A stretch of DNA of 64,000 nt from Eledone cirrhosa. Taxonomy: Eukaryota. A program made the translations under genes and the position numbers. The stretch is from NCBI GenBank assembly GCA_964016885.1, contig OZ024748.1, forward strand, positions 11,098,001-11,162,000. The letters run 5' to 3'. How positions within the stretch are numbered: position 1 is the stretch's first letter; every line of letters starts with the position of its first letter. Shown here one piece after another: positions 46,001 through 59,081 of the stretch. The notes under the pieces were generated by a model, which saw only the letters and a program-made list of their open reading frames with translations, did not search any database and was not told the DNA's origin.

Positions 46001-46411
46001 ATATTTTAGACAAATGTATACAAGCACATTTGGATTGCAGACGACATTCGTATGTGTATATGTGTGTGTGATTGTATGTGTATGCATGTATGTATGAATG
46101 AATGTATGTGTGTCTGTGTGTGTGTGTGTGTGTGTGTGTTTGTGTATATGTGTGTGGACGTATGTATGCACATATTGTACAGATTTGGATTGCAGACGAC
46201 ATTCGTGTGTATATGTGTGTGTAGGTGTGTGGACGTATGTACATATTATACAAGCAGATTTGAATTGCAGACGGCGCACATGTGTGTGTTTATGTGCGCG
46301 CGCGCGCGCGCGCGTGATCGTGTGTGTGTGTGATCGTGTGTGTGTGTGCGTGTGTTTGTGAGTATGTATGTATGCAGGTTTGTATACACGTGTGGACTTA
46401 TGTAAAGATGC

Positions 46412-46485
<74 letters not shown>

Positions 46486-46602
46486 ATATATTCATGCATA
46501 GATATAAGTATTATGTATGTATCTATGTATGCATGTTTATATGTGTGTATGTGTGTATGCATGTATGTATGTATGTATGTATGTATGTATGTATGTATGT
46601 TA

Positions 46603-47200
46603 TGTCAGGTCACCAGTTGGTGCTACTGGTAACATGTATCCCAGTACAACCTGTCTCATGGTCGGGTCGTTGGCGACTAAACTGGTAACCCCACCAAGGT
46701 TTCTTGGTGAGGAGGGTGACTAAAAACAGGACTAAAAACAAAACCTGTCAAAGGGCGAAGGAGCTCTTAAGAGTCAATGGCCATCCAAAATCACCGGGAG
46801 AGATGACCCCTTAGCCTTTGTCAAGGCAGAATTCTAGGAGAAGGAAATATAACACCTGCAACCCTGATGGTATCCAATGATGTTGACTTGTTCTTCTTTT
46901 TGGTAAATATCATCTTGGTTAACAGAGTGGGACTGGCTCTGTGCAGTGCCTTTGTTCACTATAAAAGCTTCACGGCACAGGCATTGCTTTGTATCTGGAT
47001 ATCTCTCTGCACTTGTCGTCACATGGTACCATGGGTCCAGCACTATGTGTCAATAATTATCACAAGTGTAGTGTTTGTACCAGAGTTTTCAAGTCGCTGG
47101 CTGGACTAAAAAGTCACACTCGTTCAGCGCATCGGTAGGGGTTCTCTTACATGGATATAAAGTAGTGGCCGTACTCGAAAACGAGTTGGCAGCCACCATG
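46603..47200 (+). mobile_element. Bipartite non-autonomous LINE-derived (RTE-like) element in (TATG)n
   Basis: Structured 5' part shared with 36800-37000; 3' end encodes C2H2-like [25 protein letters not shown]; TATG flanks. Confidence 0.6.
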
Positions 47201-47661
47201 TATGTATGTAGGCATACCGATTCTGCCTTGTGTGGACCCGTAACTCTTGATAGAGTTGAAGGAGAGCTGTAGTGGCATTCAGCGTCTCTTGGGTACATTT
47301 TAAACATGGCGCAGCTCATCCCCTCTTCAGGCGTTAACAGCCGATGGAGAGAGTGATAGAGAAGTGAGAAAGAGATATAGTGGAAGAATCGATCCCAGTA
47401 CTAGATTGGATTTTTTTGTTATCGACCTCGAATGGATGAAAGGCAAAGTTAATCTCAGCGGCATTTGAACTCAGAGTGAAGACAGCCAAAACGATTACCG
47501 CAAAGCATTGTTTCCGACATTCTAATGACTCTGCCATTTTGAAAAAATAAGTACTAGAGTTGATACGATCGAAAAAAATCTAAGCGGTGCACCAAAATGG
47601 CTGCCAATTCGTTGCTTTACATTAATGTATATAAAAATAATAAAAAAAAACTAGCGCCTAC

Positions 47662-47833
47662 CTGTTGCGAAATAAACTTCAAGATCTGACAAATCAGATC
47701 CCACACTTCTTTGCAATTTCAGAGAACCACGAGGGTGGGTAGCTTCATAACTTTGTGAGAATTCAACGGCTTCGTTGGAATGGACTCGCTTGGTGAATAT
47801 GTCGTGTAGATTGTTTATCAGTCTTCGAAACAT
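47662..47833 (-). CDS. GAD: Glutamate decarboxylase, first coding exon (MFRRLINN...DLSDLEVYFAT)
   Basis: ATG at 47833; 57 codons + 1 nt; donor G|GTAGG. It splices in phase to give ...YFAT-D-LFP, resembling GAD 'FARDLLP'. A possible acceptor TTTCTTTGTCAG at 47847 suggests an upstream exon. Confidence 0.75.
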
Positions 47834-48043
47834 GGTTGCAGGAAAACTGACAAAGAAACAATCAGTAGCTTGATATATATATATAATTGGTGTGGGATGC
47901 TTAAAGCATCCGTAAGCGGTAGGCCGTTGGAGCACCCGATGCTCTTACAGAGCAGAGTATGATATCACATAAGAAATGGAGAATCAGTGTTGCAACGAAT
48001 AAAATTTTATTCGTCGCACCACCGATTCTCCGTTTCTTCTTCT

Positions 48044-48192
<149 letters not shown>

Positions 48193-48527
48193 TAATGCGA
48201 TGAAATACCAATGATGGTTGGAAAATCACTGACGAAGGACTATTTTTATCATATGTAACCCGTGTGCAAACTACGCAGTATTTTTCTTTCTTCTCATGTT
48301 TTATATATATATATATTATATATAACAAAGGAAATGTGGTAAGGAACCAGATGGACCATAACGCACCAGAGTACTCAATACTTAGGGTAGTAGAGTGGGA
48401 AATAGGAAAAAGTATGACCCCGACGGCAGAGCTCGAGCCGTTTCGACGGCTATTTCTGGACTGAAATTTCAGTCCAGAAATAGGTGTCGAAACGGCTTGA
48501 GCTCTGCCGTCAGGGTCATACTTTTTC

Positions 48528-48579
<52 letters not shown>

Positions 48580-48596
48580 ATATCTATCTATCTATC

Positions 48597-48654
<58 letters not shown>

Positions 48655-48664
48655 TACAAAGTAT

Positions 48665-48716
<52 letters not shown>

Positions 48717-48719
<3 letters not shown>

Positions 48720-48848
48720 TGGCGAAGGGGAACCTGGAAAGCAGGGCATGCAGTTCAATCGCCATGGCGGAAAGTGGGGCTGTGCAGCCTTACCCCCCAC
48801 CAATTCCCTCTAAATGACCCTCTCGGTCAAAGCCGCATGTAGTTTTAT

Positions 48849-48940
<92 letters not shown>

Positions 48941-49067
48941 CTTTTTATGTGTCTACGGTTTAGTAAGCAGCCAAAATTCTGCTTGCTTCAACCGACGCAA
49001 TTGATCAACTCAAGATTCTATAACGCACGCACTGCATGCTTTGCATGCACGCACCCTTCGCCCTTGA
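48717..49067. mobile_element. hAT-like MITE containing a (GT)n tract
   Basis: Imperfect TIRs CAGTGGCGAAGGG / CCCTTCGCCCTTG between TA runs. Confidence 0.5.
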
Positions 49068-49077
49068 TATATATATA

Positions 49078-49284
49078 ACCGACATCCAGAGTTGACATTG
49101 CACTCAGTGCTCCTTTGGGAGCCCCTACATGGACACACTAGAAGAGGAAGACCAAGGTTAACATATGTTGATGCCCTAAGGACAGACACTGGTCTGTTGG
49201 AGATGCAGGATATGGCAGCGATAATGAGGGACAGAGACCGCTGGAGAGAACTCGTCCATGGATCTCGGGAATTTTACCCGCCTT

Positions 49285-49286
<2 letters not shown>
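49078..49286 (+). mobile_element. Short 3' fragment of the same RTE-like LINE
   Basis: Nearly identical to 54214-54422; TA flanks. Confidence 0.88.
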
Positions 49287-49322
<36 letters not shown>

Positions 49323-50054
49323 AGAAAAAGCGAAGATGCAGAGAGAGAAGAAGAGGAATAAAAAACAGAAGAAAACTTTAAAACAATTTATCTTTAATGC
49401 CTAATTAAATAACTATTAAATATGTATTAAAATATATTAAAATGCTTATATCCCCACCAATATATATAATATATTTTGTTCATTTATTATCTAAATTAAT
49501 TTAAAATTTAAAATTCACTATATGGATTCAGTAAATACTTGTTTAGATCATTACTCACCAGAGTACTCAATACTTGGAGTAGTAGAATACTACCGACACT
49601 GCCAATTCACTGAAAGTTGGGTGTTAAATAAATGAACGTAACGTAGAATGTTTTTCTTACTATTACATCATGATTAACTAAACGGAATGGCCAGTTCTAT
49701 CCAGTGGTGAACCACTAAACATAAATGAATGTATCTATATCTTCTCTCTCTGTCTTCTTCTTCGCTCACTAATTCCTGAGAGGATCGTGGGGGAAGAGTC
49801 CTCTAACACTCCCTCCAGCGGGTCCTCTCAGAAGCAACCATCTCCAACTGATCCGGCTGGATCCTCAAGCGTGACCAGCCAAGCTCATGGATGTTATCCA
49901 ACCATCTTGCTCTGGGTCTCTTGCCGCTTGGTTTTCCCCGTAAAAATGTCCAGTGATTCTTTCCTGGGACATTCTAACCATATACTCCATAGTATCAGAA
50001 CGGTGAAGTCTCATATCAGTCCCAAAGAAGACCTTCCTACAATGAAAGCTTAGA

Positions 50055-50237
50055 TGGTTTTAGCACAAGGCCAGCAATTATCCCAGTGCATTACTGGTAC
50101 TTTATTTTATCGACCCCGTAAGGGTGAAAGGCAAAGTCAACCTCGGCGGGATTTGAACTCAGATCATAAAGGGAGGTAACTCTATGCTTCAAAGCATGGC
50201 ATCCGACCCTCTACCGATATTGCCAATCCACCGCCCT
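50055..50237 (-). mobile_element. tRNA-derived SINE family 1, well-preserved copy
   Basis: Minus strand GGCGGTGGATTGGCAATATCGGTAGAG...GAGTTCAAATCC. Confidence 0.8.
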
Positions 50238-50302
50238 CGCTATTGAACGTAAATGATCTTAGCAACAACTTTGAATTGCAGTGATATGTAACCATCTAAA
50301 TA

Positions 50303-50862
50303 TAGGGGTTGCACAAAATAATGGAAACACCTAGCATCATAATTTTGAAATATCTATAAAACCGTCAAAAGCTTGTTTAGTTTTATGTTTTTTTATTTAT
50401 TTATTAGTGTTGCTTAATATGTTTTGATAAAATTGCTGTTTCTTTTCAGATATCATCAGAAAAAGGTAATTAAAATTCATTAAAATGACAGATCTATCGG
50501 ACTTTCAAAGAGGTCAAATCGTTGGTGCTCGTATGGCAGGCGCTAGCGTAACGAAAACAACCGAAATGTTTGGTGTATCAAGAAGTACTGTCTCGAAAGT
50601 AATGACAGTCTCTGAGAAAGAGGGAAAAACCTCCTCGTCGAAACAAAATTCCGGAAGAAAACCAAAACTTTCAGATAGGGACCGTCGGACTCTTACGCGA
50701 ATTGTTAGAAAGGATCACAAAAGTACAGCTCCCAAAATTACTGCAGAGCTTAATGACCACCTCGAGAAGAATAAAAATAAACAAGCTTTCGACGGTTTTA
50801 TAGATATTTCAAAATTATGATGCTATGATGCTAGGTGTTTCCATTATGTTGTCCAACCCCTG
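50303..50862 (+). mobile_element. Internally deleted Tc1/mariner transposon
   Basis: About 80-bp TIRs ((c)AGGGGTT...AACCCCTG) with TA on each side; ORF 50485-50820 encodes only the paired-like HTH (DLSDFQRGQIVG...SGRKPKLSDRDRR). Confidence 0.92.
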
Positions 50863-51080
50863 TATATATTAATAATTAATGGTGCTGCGATTAAATGTGG
50901 CTTTTTAGCCCAGCCAATGATCTAAAATGTCTTGCAGAGAGTCGGCAACCAAAACATTTACTGGCAATAGCCGGCTGTGGTTGGACTTCATGTACTTTTT
51001 CATGTCGTTTGAGCCCTCCTGCTAATCTACACACTTTCCACATACATGCATATATTCAGACATACATATATACATACATA

Positions 51081-51378
51081 CAGGGGCCTCGTTTGCCTTA
51101 AAAATGTGAGGGGGGTGGGGGACAAACAAACATTTGTTGATTCTTAAAGGAGCATAAATTGCTTTTGGTGCCTTTCCCGGACCCTATCACATAAGTAAAA
51201 TTTTACGCTAATTAAATTTGATATATTCAAATGAAGTTCAGATATAAAAGAATAAGTTTAAAAAGAATTTATTATATCAAATAAACAAAAAATAAAATAT
51301 AGACGTTTGAAAAGTGTGTGTGTGTGTGTGGGGGGGGGGGGACTTCTTCCCTGGTACCCCCCTGAAACAAGGCTCTTG
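51081..51378. mobile_element. Degenerate hAT-like MITE
   Basis: Imperfect TIRs CAGGGGCCTCGTTT / AAACAAGGCTCTTG. Confidence 0.4.
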
Positions 51379-52166
51379 CATACATATATATATATATACA
51401 TGTAAATTTATACATTATATAAAGTTTAAGCGAAGAAAACAAAGCTTTTACACTTACAGGGATATTCAGAAACTACGGGAATTTAAACTCTTTTGACGCA
51501 GATATAATCATTTCAAAAGTATAGATCAAGCGAATTTCATCACGAAAACCATATTTGAATAACTAACTGTAAACTTAAGAGAGCTAAAACAGACGAACGA
51601 AATAACGTGCTGGAGAACTCTGTTGAATTTCGGGCGAAAAGAAAAATAGAACGAACGAACAATTGCACGCGTTTTGAGGAGGTCAGAGAGTGCTGTAACA
51701 TAAAGAAAGGAGGTTTGTTGTTGTATTGTAGGTAACCCTACCTATGGTTGTGTATGTGGGTAGCGGATAAAATTTCAGTAGGGGGTGAAACCTAATCTAA
51801 TGGAATTGTATATCTACGCATTTTTCAGAAAGATGGGTTGGGTGTGCGTGTGGTTGAACTTGCCTGTAGAACAACGAGGGGGTGTGTGAATCGGGTCAAG
51901 CGGCAAAAGTAAATTTTATACAACAAATTCTAAGGAGTGTGGATGAAATAGGATAACTAGAAAGGAAGCGAAAAAAAAATTATACAAGAATGTGAAAATT
52001 ATAGAATTTGCTGTATAGAATTTACTTTTAACTCTTGACCGGATTCATCCACTCCCTACAGGCAAGTTCAGCCACCCCACGGCCATGAAAGACTTAACTG
52101 TGTTTACAAGAAACTTCGACCAATCCTTTTGAAATACCTGATTATCGCATGCCCATATATGGAATT

Positions 52167-52261
52167 ACCCCTTGAAAATCTCGGCTATTTCATTACCACG
52201 CTAAAAATTGAATTTAGTCCAGAAATAACCGTCGAAATGGCTCGAGCTCTGCCGTCGGGGT
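52167..52261 (+). ncRNA. Decayed hammerhead motif family F (3' halves at 27145, 42540, 48485, 54450, 55370)
   Basis: ACCCC-TTGAAAA (mutated core)-CGGCTATTTC/GAAATAACCG-GAA-ATGGC...GCCGT-C-GGGGT. Confidence 0.55.
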
Positions 52262-52274
52262 CCTGAACCTTTCC

Positions 52275-52325
<51 letters not shown>

Positions 52326-52332
52326 CATATAC

Positions 52333-52363
<31 letters not shown>

Positions 52364-52388
52364 CATATACATATATATATACATATAC

Positions 52389-52425
<37 letters not shown>

Positions 52426-52458
52426 CATATATATATACATATACATATATATATATAA

Positions 52459-52516
<58 letters not shown>

Positions 52517-52741
52517 GTTTGTATTTGTAAAGCCAAAACAATGCAGGTATGGACATAGAATATAAATGCAAATGCAAAAGATATTGTTGACAATTAGTCT
52601 TTTACCTTAAATTTATTTAAATGTCCTTAATTTTCGAGATAATATCTCTTCTTTTCGCAAGTCATGCTGACAGGAAATGGTATAGAGTACCATTTCCTGT
52701 CAGCATGACTTGTCAAGCTATTTAGAACACTGGTTTAACCG

Positions 52742-52810
52742 CTTTACTTCCCTCTGAAGAAGAGATATTATCTCGAATATTAAGGACATTTAAATAAATT
52801 TAAGGTAAAA
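52742..52810 (+). ncRNA. Hammerhead-like core family B (also 1838-1906 and mirror arms)
   Basis: CCCT-CTGAAGA-A-GAGAT att ATCTC-GAA(A/T); stems I and III are less certain. Confidence 0.5.
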
Positions 52811-52996
52811 GACTAATTGTCAACAATATCTTTTGCATTTGCATTTATATTCTATGTCCATACCTGCATTGTTTTGGCTTTACAAATACAAATGTTTATA
52901 CCTCACTACACAATGCTTCAAATGAACAATAACTACCGCCCATATATATATACATATATATGCACACATATTTATACAAATGAGATATACGCATAA

Positions 52997-53108
<112 letters not shown>

Positions 53109-53365
53109 AAAAATTGAACGGGAACAAAACAGAGAGCCAGTACGAACAAAGGTTTATTAGTTTCACGCTCTTGAGAGTGGGGTGGTGGTGATATATTTAT
53201 GTGTTTGTGTATGTGTATGTATATATATATGTGTGTGTGCGTGTGTAACGAATGAAGACAGTAAAAAGAAAAATGCTTTTATTTTCTTCCGTTTCAGTGA
53301 TTAACTTGCCATGTTAGTGCGACACTTTGATTTTGTCGATAATATCAACTTTCACACACATACAC

Positions 53366-53461
<96 letters not shown>

Positions 53462-53467
53462 CCATAG

Positions 53468-54422
53468 AATCAATGATGGGATGACAGAGTTCTTTGAGAT
53501 ACTGGCTGGAGTGCTCCAGGGAGATACATTGGATCCCTACCTTTTTATCATCGTAGTGGACTATTGTATGCGCCTTGCACTGGAGAAATACCAGGACTCT
53601 GGCTTTACTGTAGCACCGGCTCAGAGCAGGAGAGTTAAGGCGAAAAAGGTATCGGATGCTGAATTTGCCGACGACATAGTTTTGGTGACAAATACAGTGA
53701 AGGAGGCAGAGGATTTGATGCGGGAGGTTGAGACTGTGTCGATGAGTGTGGGGCTGAGAATGAATGAGACTAAAACAAAATATCTGGTAGAGAATGTTGA
53801 GAAGCCAGAGGGGATCACTAATGTAGGCGGGAAGCCGCTAGAATTGGTTGAGGGCTTCCTGTAATTGGGAGCAAAGATTGGGAATACGGAAGATGATGTG
53901 GTTGAGAGGAAGAGCAAAGCCTGGGCGGCGTGCCACAGCTTGAGATCGGTGTGGAAATCGGACCTTCGTAAAGACCTGAAAATCCGCTTCTTCATTGCTG
54001 TAGTGGAGTCTGTGCTGCTGTACGGGTCTGAGACTTGGACACTGACCAAGAAACTCACTCAGATGGTGGATGGATGCTACACGAGAATGCTGAGGATGGC
54101 TCTGAACATTAATCAGTATACACTGAGGATGAAAAACTCAGAGCTGTATGGGAGCCTCCCAAAAGTCAGCTCAAAAGTGACACAGAGGAGACTGAGGTTA
54201 GCTGGACATGCTCACCGACATCCAGAGTTGACATTGCACTCAGTGCTCCCGTGGGAGCCCCTACATGGACACACTGGAAGAAGAAGACCAAGGTTAACGT
54301 ATGTTGATGCCCTAAGGACAGACACTGGTCTGTTGGAGACGCAGGACATGGCAGCGATAATGAGGGACAGAGACCGCTGGAGAGAACTCGTCCATGGATC
54401 TCGGGAATTTTACCCGCCCTAG
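53468..54422 (+). mobile_element. 5'-truncated RTE-like LINE (RT domain, one in-frame stop)
   Basis: GVLQGDTL, FADD, GLRMNETKTK, LLYGSETW and RRLRLAGH motifs; TAA at 53862 in place of FLYLG; (TA)n flanks. Confidence 0.9.
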
Positions 54423-55159
54423 ATATATATATATAGGAAAATGTTTAACCCCGACGGCAGAGCTCAGGCCGTTTCGACGGCTATTTCTGGACTGAAAGTA
54501 AGGTACTCAATACATAGCAGAGAATAAATGTTTTAATATAGAAGAGCTTCTACAGGACTAGAACGGTTTCATTTGTGAGAAATCATCATATATATATACG
54601 TATGCAGTCAATAAATATCACAAGAGAATCTTTTAACACCTGGTTAGTCAAGTATATGGATGAAGAACAGCAAAATATAAATAAAGCAATAGATAAGGTT
54701 TTCATTTATGATTTTTAAAACTTAAGCATTATACTTTAGTCGTTCAATTTCACAATAGTTTTGTGAAAATCGTATGCAGTTGACGAACGGGAGAAAAGAG
54801 TAATCAAGACCCTAGTAGAGTTTAGATATTAAATATTTGATGATCCAGCAGGTGTGCAGGTGAAACTGCAGAGTAACAAGACTCCAAGACTCATTATTTA
54901 GCCATAATAAATGAATATTTATGCATATATATATATATATATGAAGGACTAACTTTATTCATATGTAACCTATTTGCAACCACGCAGCACGTTTTGTTTT
55001 CATATTCACACATATATTTCCCTCCGCTATGACTCGTCTATTTCATTCTTACTGCTTCCCCTTTCTCTGTATCTTTCACCTCTCTCTACCCTCTCTAACA
55101 GTCACTCTCTCTGTTAGCCTCTTCCTCACCCTTCACTTCACTCACTCACTCTCTTCTAC

Positions 55160-55219
<60 letters not shown>

Positions 55220-55493
55220 GTTTAAATTTGTAAAGCCAAACAATGCAGGTATGGACATAGAATATATATATATATATATATAGGAGTAGGTAAGACCCCG
55301 ACGGCTGAGCTCAAGCCGTTTCGACGGCTAATTCTGTACAGAATTAGTACAGAATTAGTACAGAATTAGCCGTCGAAACGGCTTTAGCTCAGCCGTCGGG
55401 GTCTTACTTACTCCTATTACCCACTCTACTACCCTAAGTATTGAGTACTTTGGTGCGTTATGGTCCACCTGGTTCCTTACCACTTTTCCCTCG

Positions 55494-55525
<32 letters not shown>

Positions 55526-55629
55526 TTGAGGGCGACCGACTAAGGTAGAAGATGGTAGATGCTCGGTCATCCTCTTGTTTATGATTTTCATCCCCATGGA
55601 TTTTGTTACATTCCTTTGCTATATTTCGA

Positions 55630-55687
55630 ATACCTGAAGATGTCACCGGATTCATACGGAACCCGGTCATTGAAATGATCATAGTAT
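55630..55687 (+). ncRNA. Hammerhead motif with palindromic stem III
   Basis: ATAC-CTGAAGA-TG..ACCGG...CCGGTCA..-GAA-ATGATCAT-A-GTAT. Confidence 0.7.
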
Positions 55688-55834
55688 AATAAACCTTTCA
55701 AGGATTTACACAAGTCCAGCCTCCTGTTATTTTATTACAATAATTAACTCCCTACTCGTACCACCAACTACACAAACAAAGACGGGTGAGCTGCATTACG
55801 TTGAGTACTCTCCATAATATTACATCGAGATTGA

Positions 55835-55898
<64 letters not shown>

Positions 55899-55973
55899 TT
55901 AATATAGATGAGATTCTACAGGACTAGAACTGTTTCATTCTTTAGAAATCATCAGGAATCTCCTGATGATCAG

Positions 55974-56026
55974 GAGATTCCTGATGATTTCTAAAGAATG
56001 AAACAGTTCGAGTCCTGTAGAATCTC
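55974..56026 (+). ncRNA. Hammerhead motif family A (mirror copy at 55910-55962, minus)
   Basis: GAGATTC-CTGATGA-TTTC taaa GAAT-GAA-ACAG ttcgagtc CTGT-A-GAATCTC. Confidence 0.8.
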
Positions 56027-56107
56027 ATCTATATTAAAACTTTTATACTCTGCAATGTATTGAGTACCTTACTTACTGTGGTTACCTCCGATTCAACCCG
56101 GAATAAC

Positions 56108-56144
<37 letters not shown>

Positions 56145-56224
56145 GTTTGAAGATCCCGTTAAGGGTGAAAGCAGCGATTCTTTGCTTAAACTTTAATCTG
56201 TTATTTTAATATATATATATATAC

Positions 56225-56334
<110 letters not shown>

Positions 56335-56392
56335 GTATATATATATATATTAATTCAAAATATTAACAAAATAGATATTCTTGTGATCAAGT

Positions 56393-56460
56393 ATATTTTA
56401 TTATACATATTTCAGAGGTACTGAGTTAACTTCAACAGTACGTCATCATCAGATAAAATA
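56393..56460 (-). ncRNA. Hammerhead motif family C (core-mutated copy at 29333-29400, minus)
   Basis: TATTTTAT-CTGATGA-..GTACTG...CAGTAC..-GAAA-TATGTATA-ATAAAATA. Confidence 0.72.
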
Positions 56461-56622
56461 AGATGATGCATGACATACCCTGACATAGTAGATGGTTAAG
56501 ATTCAGTCTTGGTAGTGAGTAAGATATGACAAAACTCAATATTTATATACCTTAATATTGAGAACATGAGAAAAATATATAATACATACAATAGAGAGGG
56601 TGCGTGTGATACATAATTCTTT

Positions 56623-56713
<91 letters not shown>

Positions 56714-57022
56714 TATAGAATACTATTAGCTTCTCGCTAAAACAATTTCTATACCTTTCATTTATATATATATATATGTGTGTGTATATATATATATATA
56801 TACACATATATATATATATAAATGAAAGGTATAGAAATTGTTTTATGTACATGTATATACACATATATATATACACGTATATATACATGTATATACACCC
56901 ATATATATATATATATATATGTATATACACATATATACATGTGTATATATATGTATGTGTGTGTGTGTGTATATATATATACACACACACGCACACACAC
57001 ACACATATATATACACACACAC

Positions 57023-57079
<57 letters not shown>

Positions 57080-58707
57080 GATACATAGATAGATAGATAG
57101 ATAACGACAGCAAATGGTGATGATGATGACGATTATGATGATGGTGATGATGTTAGTGATGGTGATGGTGATGATGGTGATGGTGATGATGGTGATGGTG
57201 ATGATGTTAGTGATGGTGATGGTGATGATGGTGATGATGTTAGTGATGGTGATGTTGGTGATGGTGATGGTGATGTTAGTGATGGTGATGGTGATGATGG
57301 TGATGATGATGGTGATGTTGTTGATGGTGATGTTAGTGATGGCGATGATGGTGATGGTGATGGTGATGATGATGATGATGATGATGATGGTGATGGTGAT
57401 GTTAGTGATGGTGATGATGGTGATGATGATGGTGATGTTAGTGATGGTGATGATGATGGTGATGATGATGATGATGATGGTGATGGTGATGGTGATCAAT
57501 TTTCAAACGTGTTAATCAGTTGTTATTGATATAAGATACATAATTGTTTCTATTTTAGGCACAAGGCCAGCAATTACCCCAGTGCATTACTGGTACTTTA
57601 TTTTATCGACCCTGTAAGGATGAAAGGCAAAGTTAAATACATAATTGTTTCTACTTTAGGCACAAGGCCAGCAATTACCCAGTGCATTACTGGTACTTTA
57701 TATATATATATATATGGTATAAATACATAATGTTAGTTTTACTTACTGTTTACACGTTGTTGTTGTTACTGTTGTTGTTACTGTTGTTGTTACTGTTGTT
57801 GTTACTGTTGTTGTTGTTGTTGTTACTGTTGTTGCTGTTGTTGTTGTTGTTATTGTTGTTGCTGTTGTTGTTATTGTTGTTGCTGTTGTTGTTGTTACTG
57901 TTGTTGCTGTTGTTGTTGTTATTGTTGTTGCTGTTGTTGTTACTGTGGTGTTTTTTAATGTTATTTTTGTTGTTGATGGTAAGGCTTTTTTTTTTAATTG
58001 TTGCTGCAGTTGCTGCAATTGTTGTTGGTGGTGCTGCAGTTGCTGCAGTTGTTGGGGGTGTTGTTGCAGTTGTTGTTGGTGTTGTTGGTGTTGTTGCAGT
58101 TGTTGTTGGTGTTGTTGGTGTTGTTGCAGTTGTTGTTGGTGTTGTTGGTGTTGTTGCAGTTGCTGCAGTTGTTGTTGGTGGTGTTGCAGTTGCTGCAGTT
58201 GTTGTTGGTGTTGTTACAGTTGCTGCAGTTGTTGTTGGTGTTGTTGCAGTTGCTGCAGTTGTTGTTGGTGTTGTTGCAGTTGCTGCAGTTGTTGTGGGTT
58301 GTGTGGCAGTTGCTGCAGTTGTTGTTGGTGGTGTTGCAGTTGCTGCAGTTGTTGTTGGTGCTGTGGCTGATGTTGTATATTGTTGCTGATATTACTGTTG
58401 TAGTCCTGGCTGTGATTGTAGCCTGTGTATTTATGTCTGTGACATAGTGTGTGGGAGTGAGGGTGACAGACAGAAACTGACAGAGGGGGGGGGAGAGAGA
58501 GAGAGGGAGAGAGAGAGAGAGGGAGAGAGAGAAGGAGAGAGAGAGAGAGGGAGAGAGAGAGAGAGAATGGAACTGATATTAGAGGGAGAGTGTGTGAGGG
58601 AATGAGAGAGAGAGAGAGAGAAAGAGCTAGTACGAGAGGGAGGGAGAAGAGTTAGTGTGAGAGAAAGAGAGAGGGAGAGCTGGTGTGAGAGAAAGCGAGA
58701 GGGGGAG

Positions 58708-58738
<31 letters not shown>

Positions 58739-58982
58739 TAGTGGAGCTGGGGTTGGAGAGAAAGTGTGAGAGAGAGGGAGAGAGAGAAAGAAAGAGAAAA
58801 TAAGCTTGGGTTAGTGAGAGTGTATGAGGGAGAGAGAGAGAGAGAAAGAGAGAGGGTGAGAAAGAGAGAGAGTGAGAAAGAGAGAGAGTGTATGAGGGAG
58901 AGAGAGAGAGAGAGAGAAAGGGAGAGAGTGAGAGAGTGTGTGAGAGAGAGGAAAAGGGACAGTTTGTATATATTAAACACAG

Positions 58983-59081
<99 letters not shown>

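Noticed and set aside
48220-48290. CTGACGA-containing HHR-like remnant (related piece at 54940; another decayed one at 56143-56195)
   Set aside because: Core incomplete and stem II not convincing; not counted as a ribozyme feature.
57945-58370. Cys-rich, metallothionein-like ORF
   Set aside because: Frame artefact of a (GTT/GCA) compound repeat.
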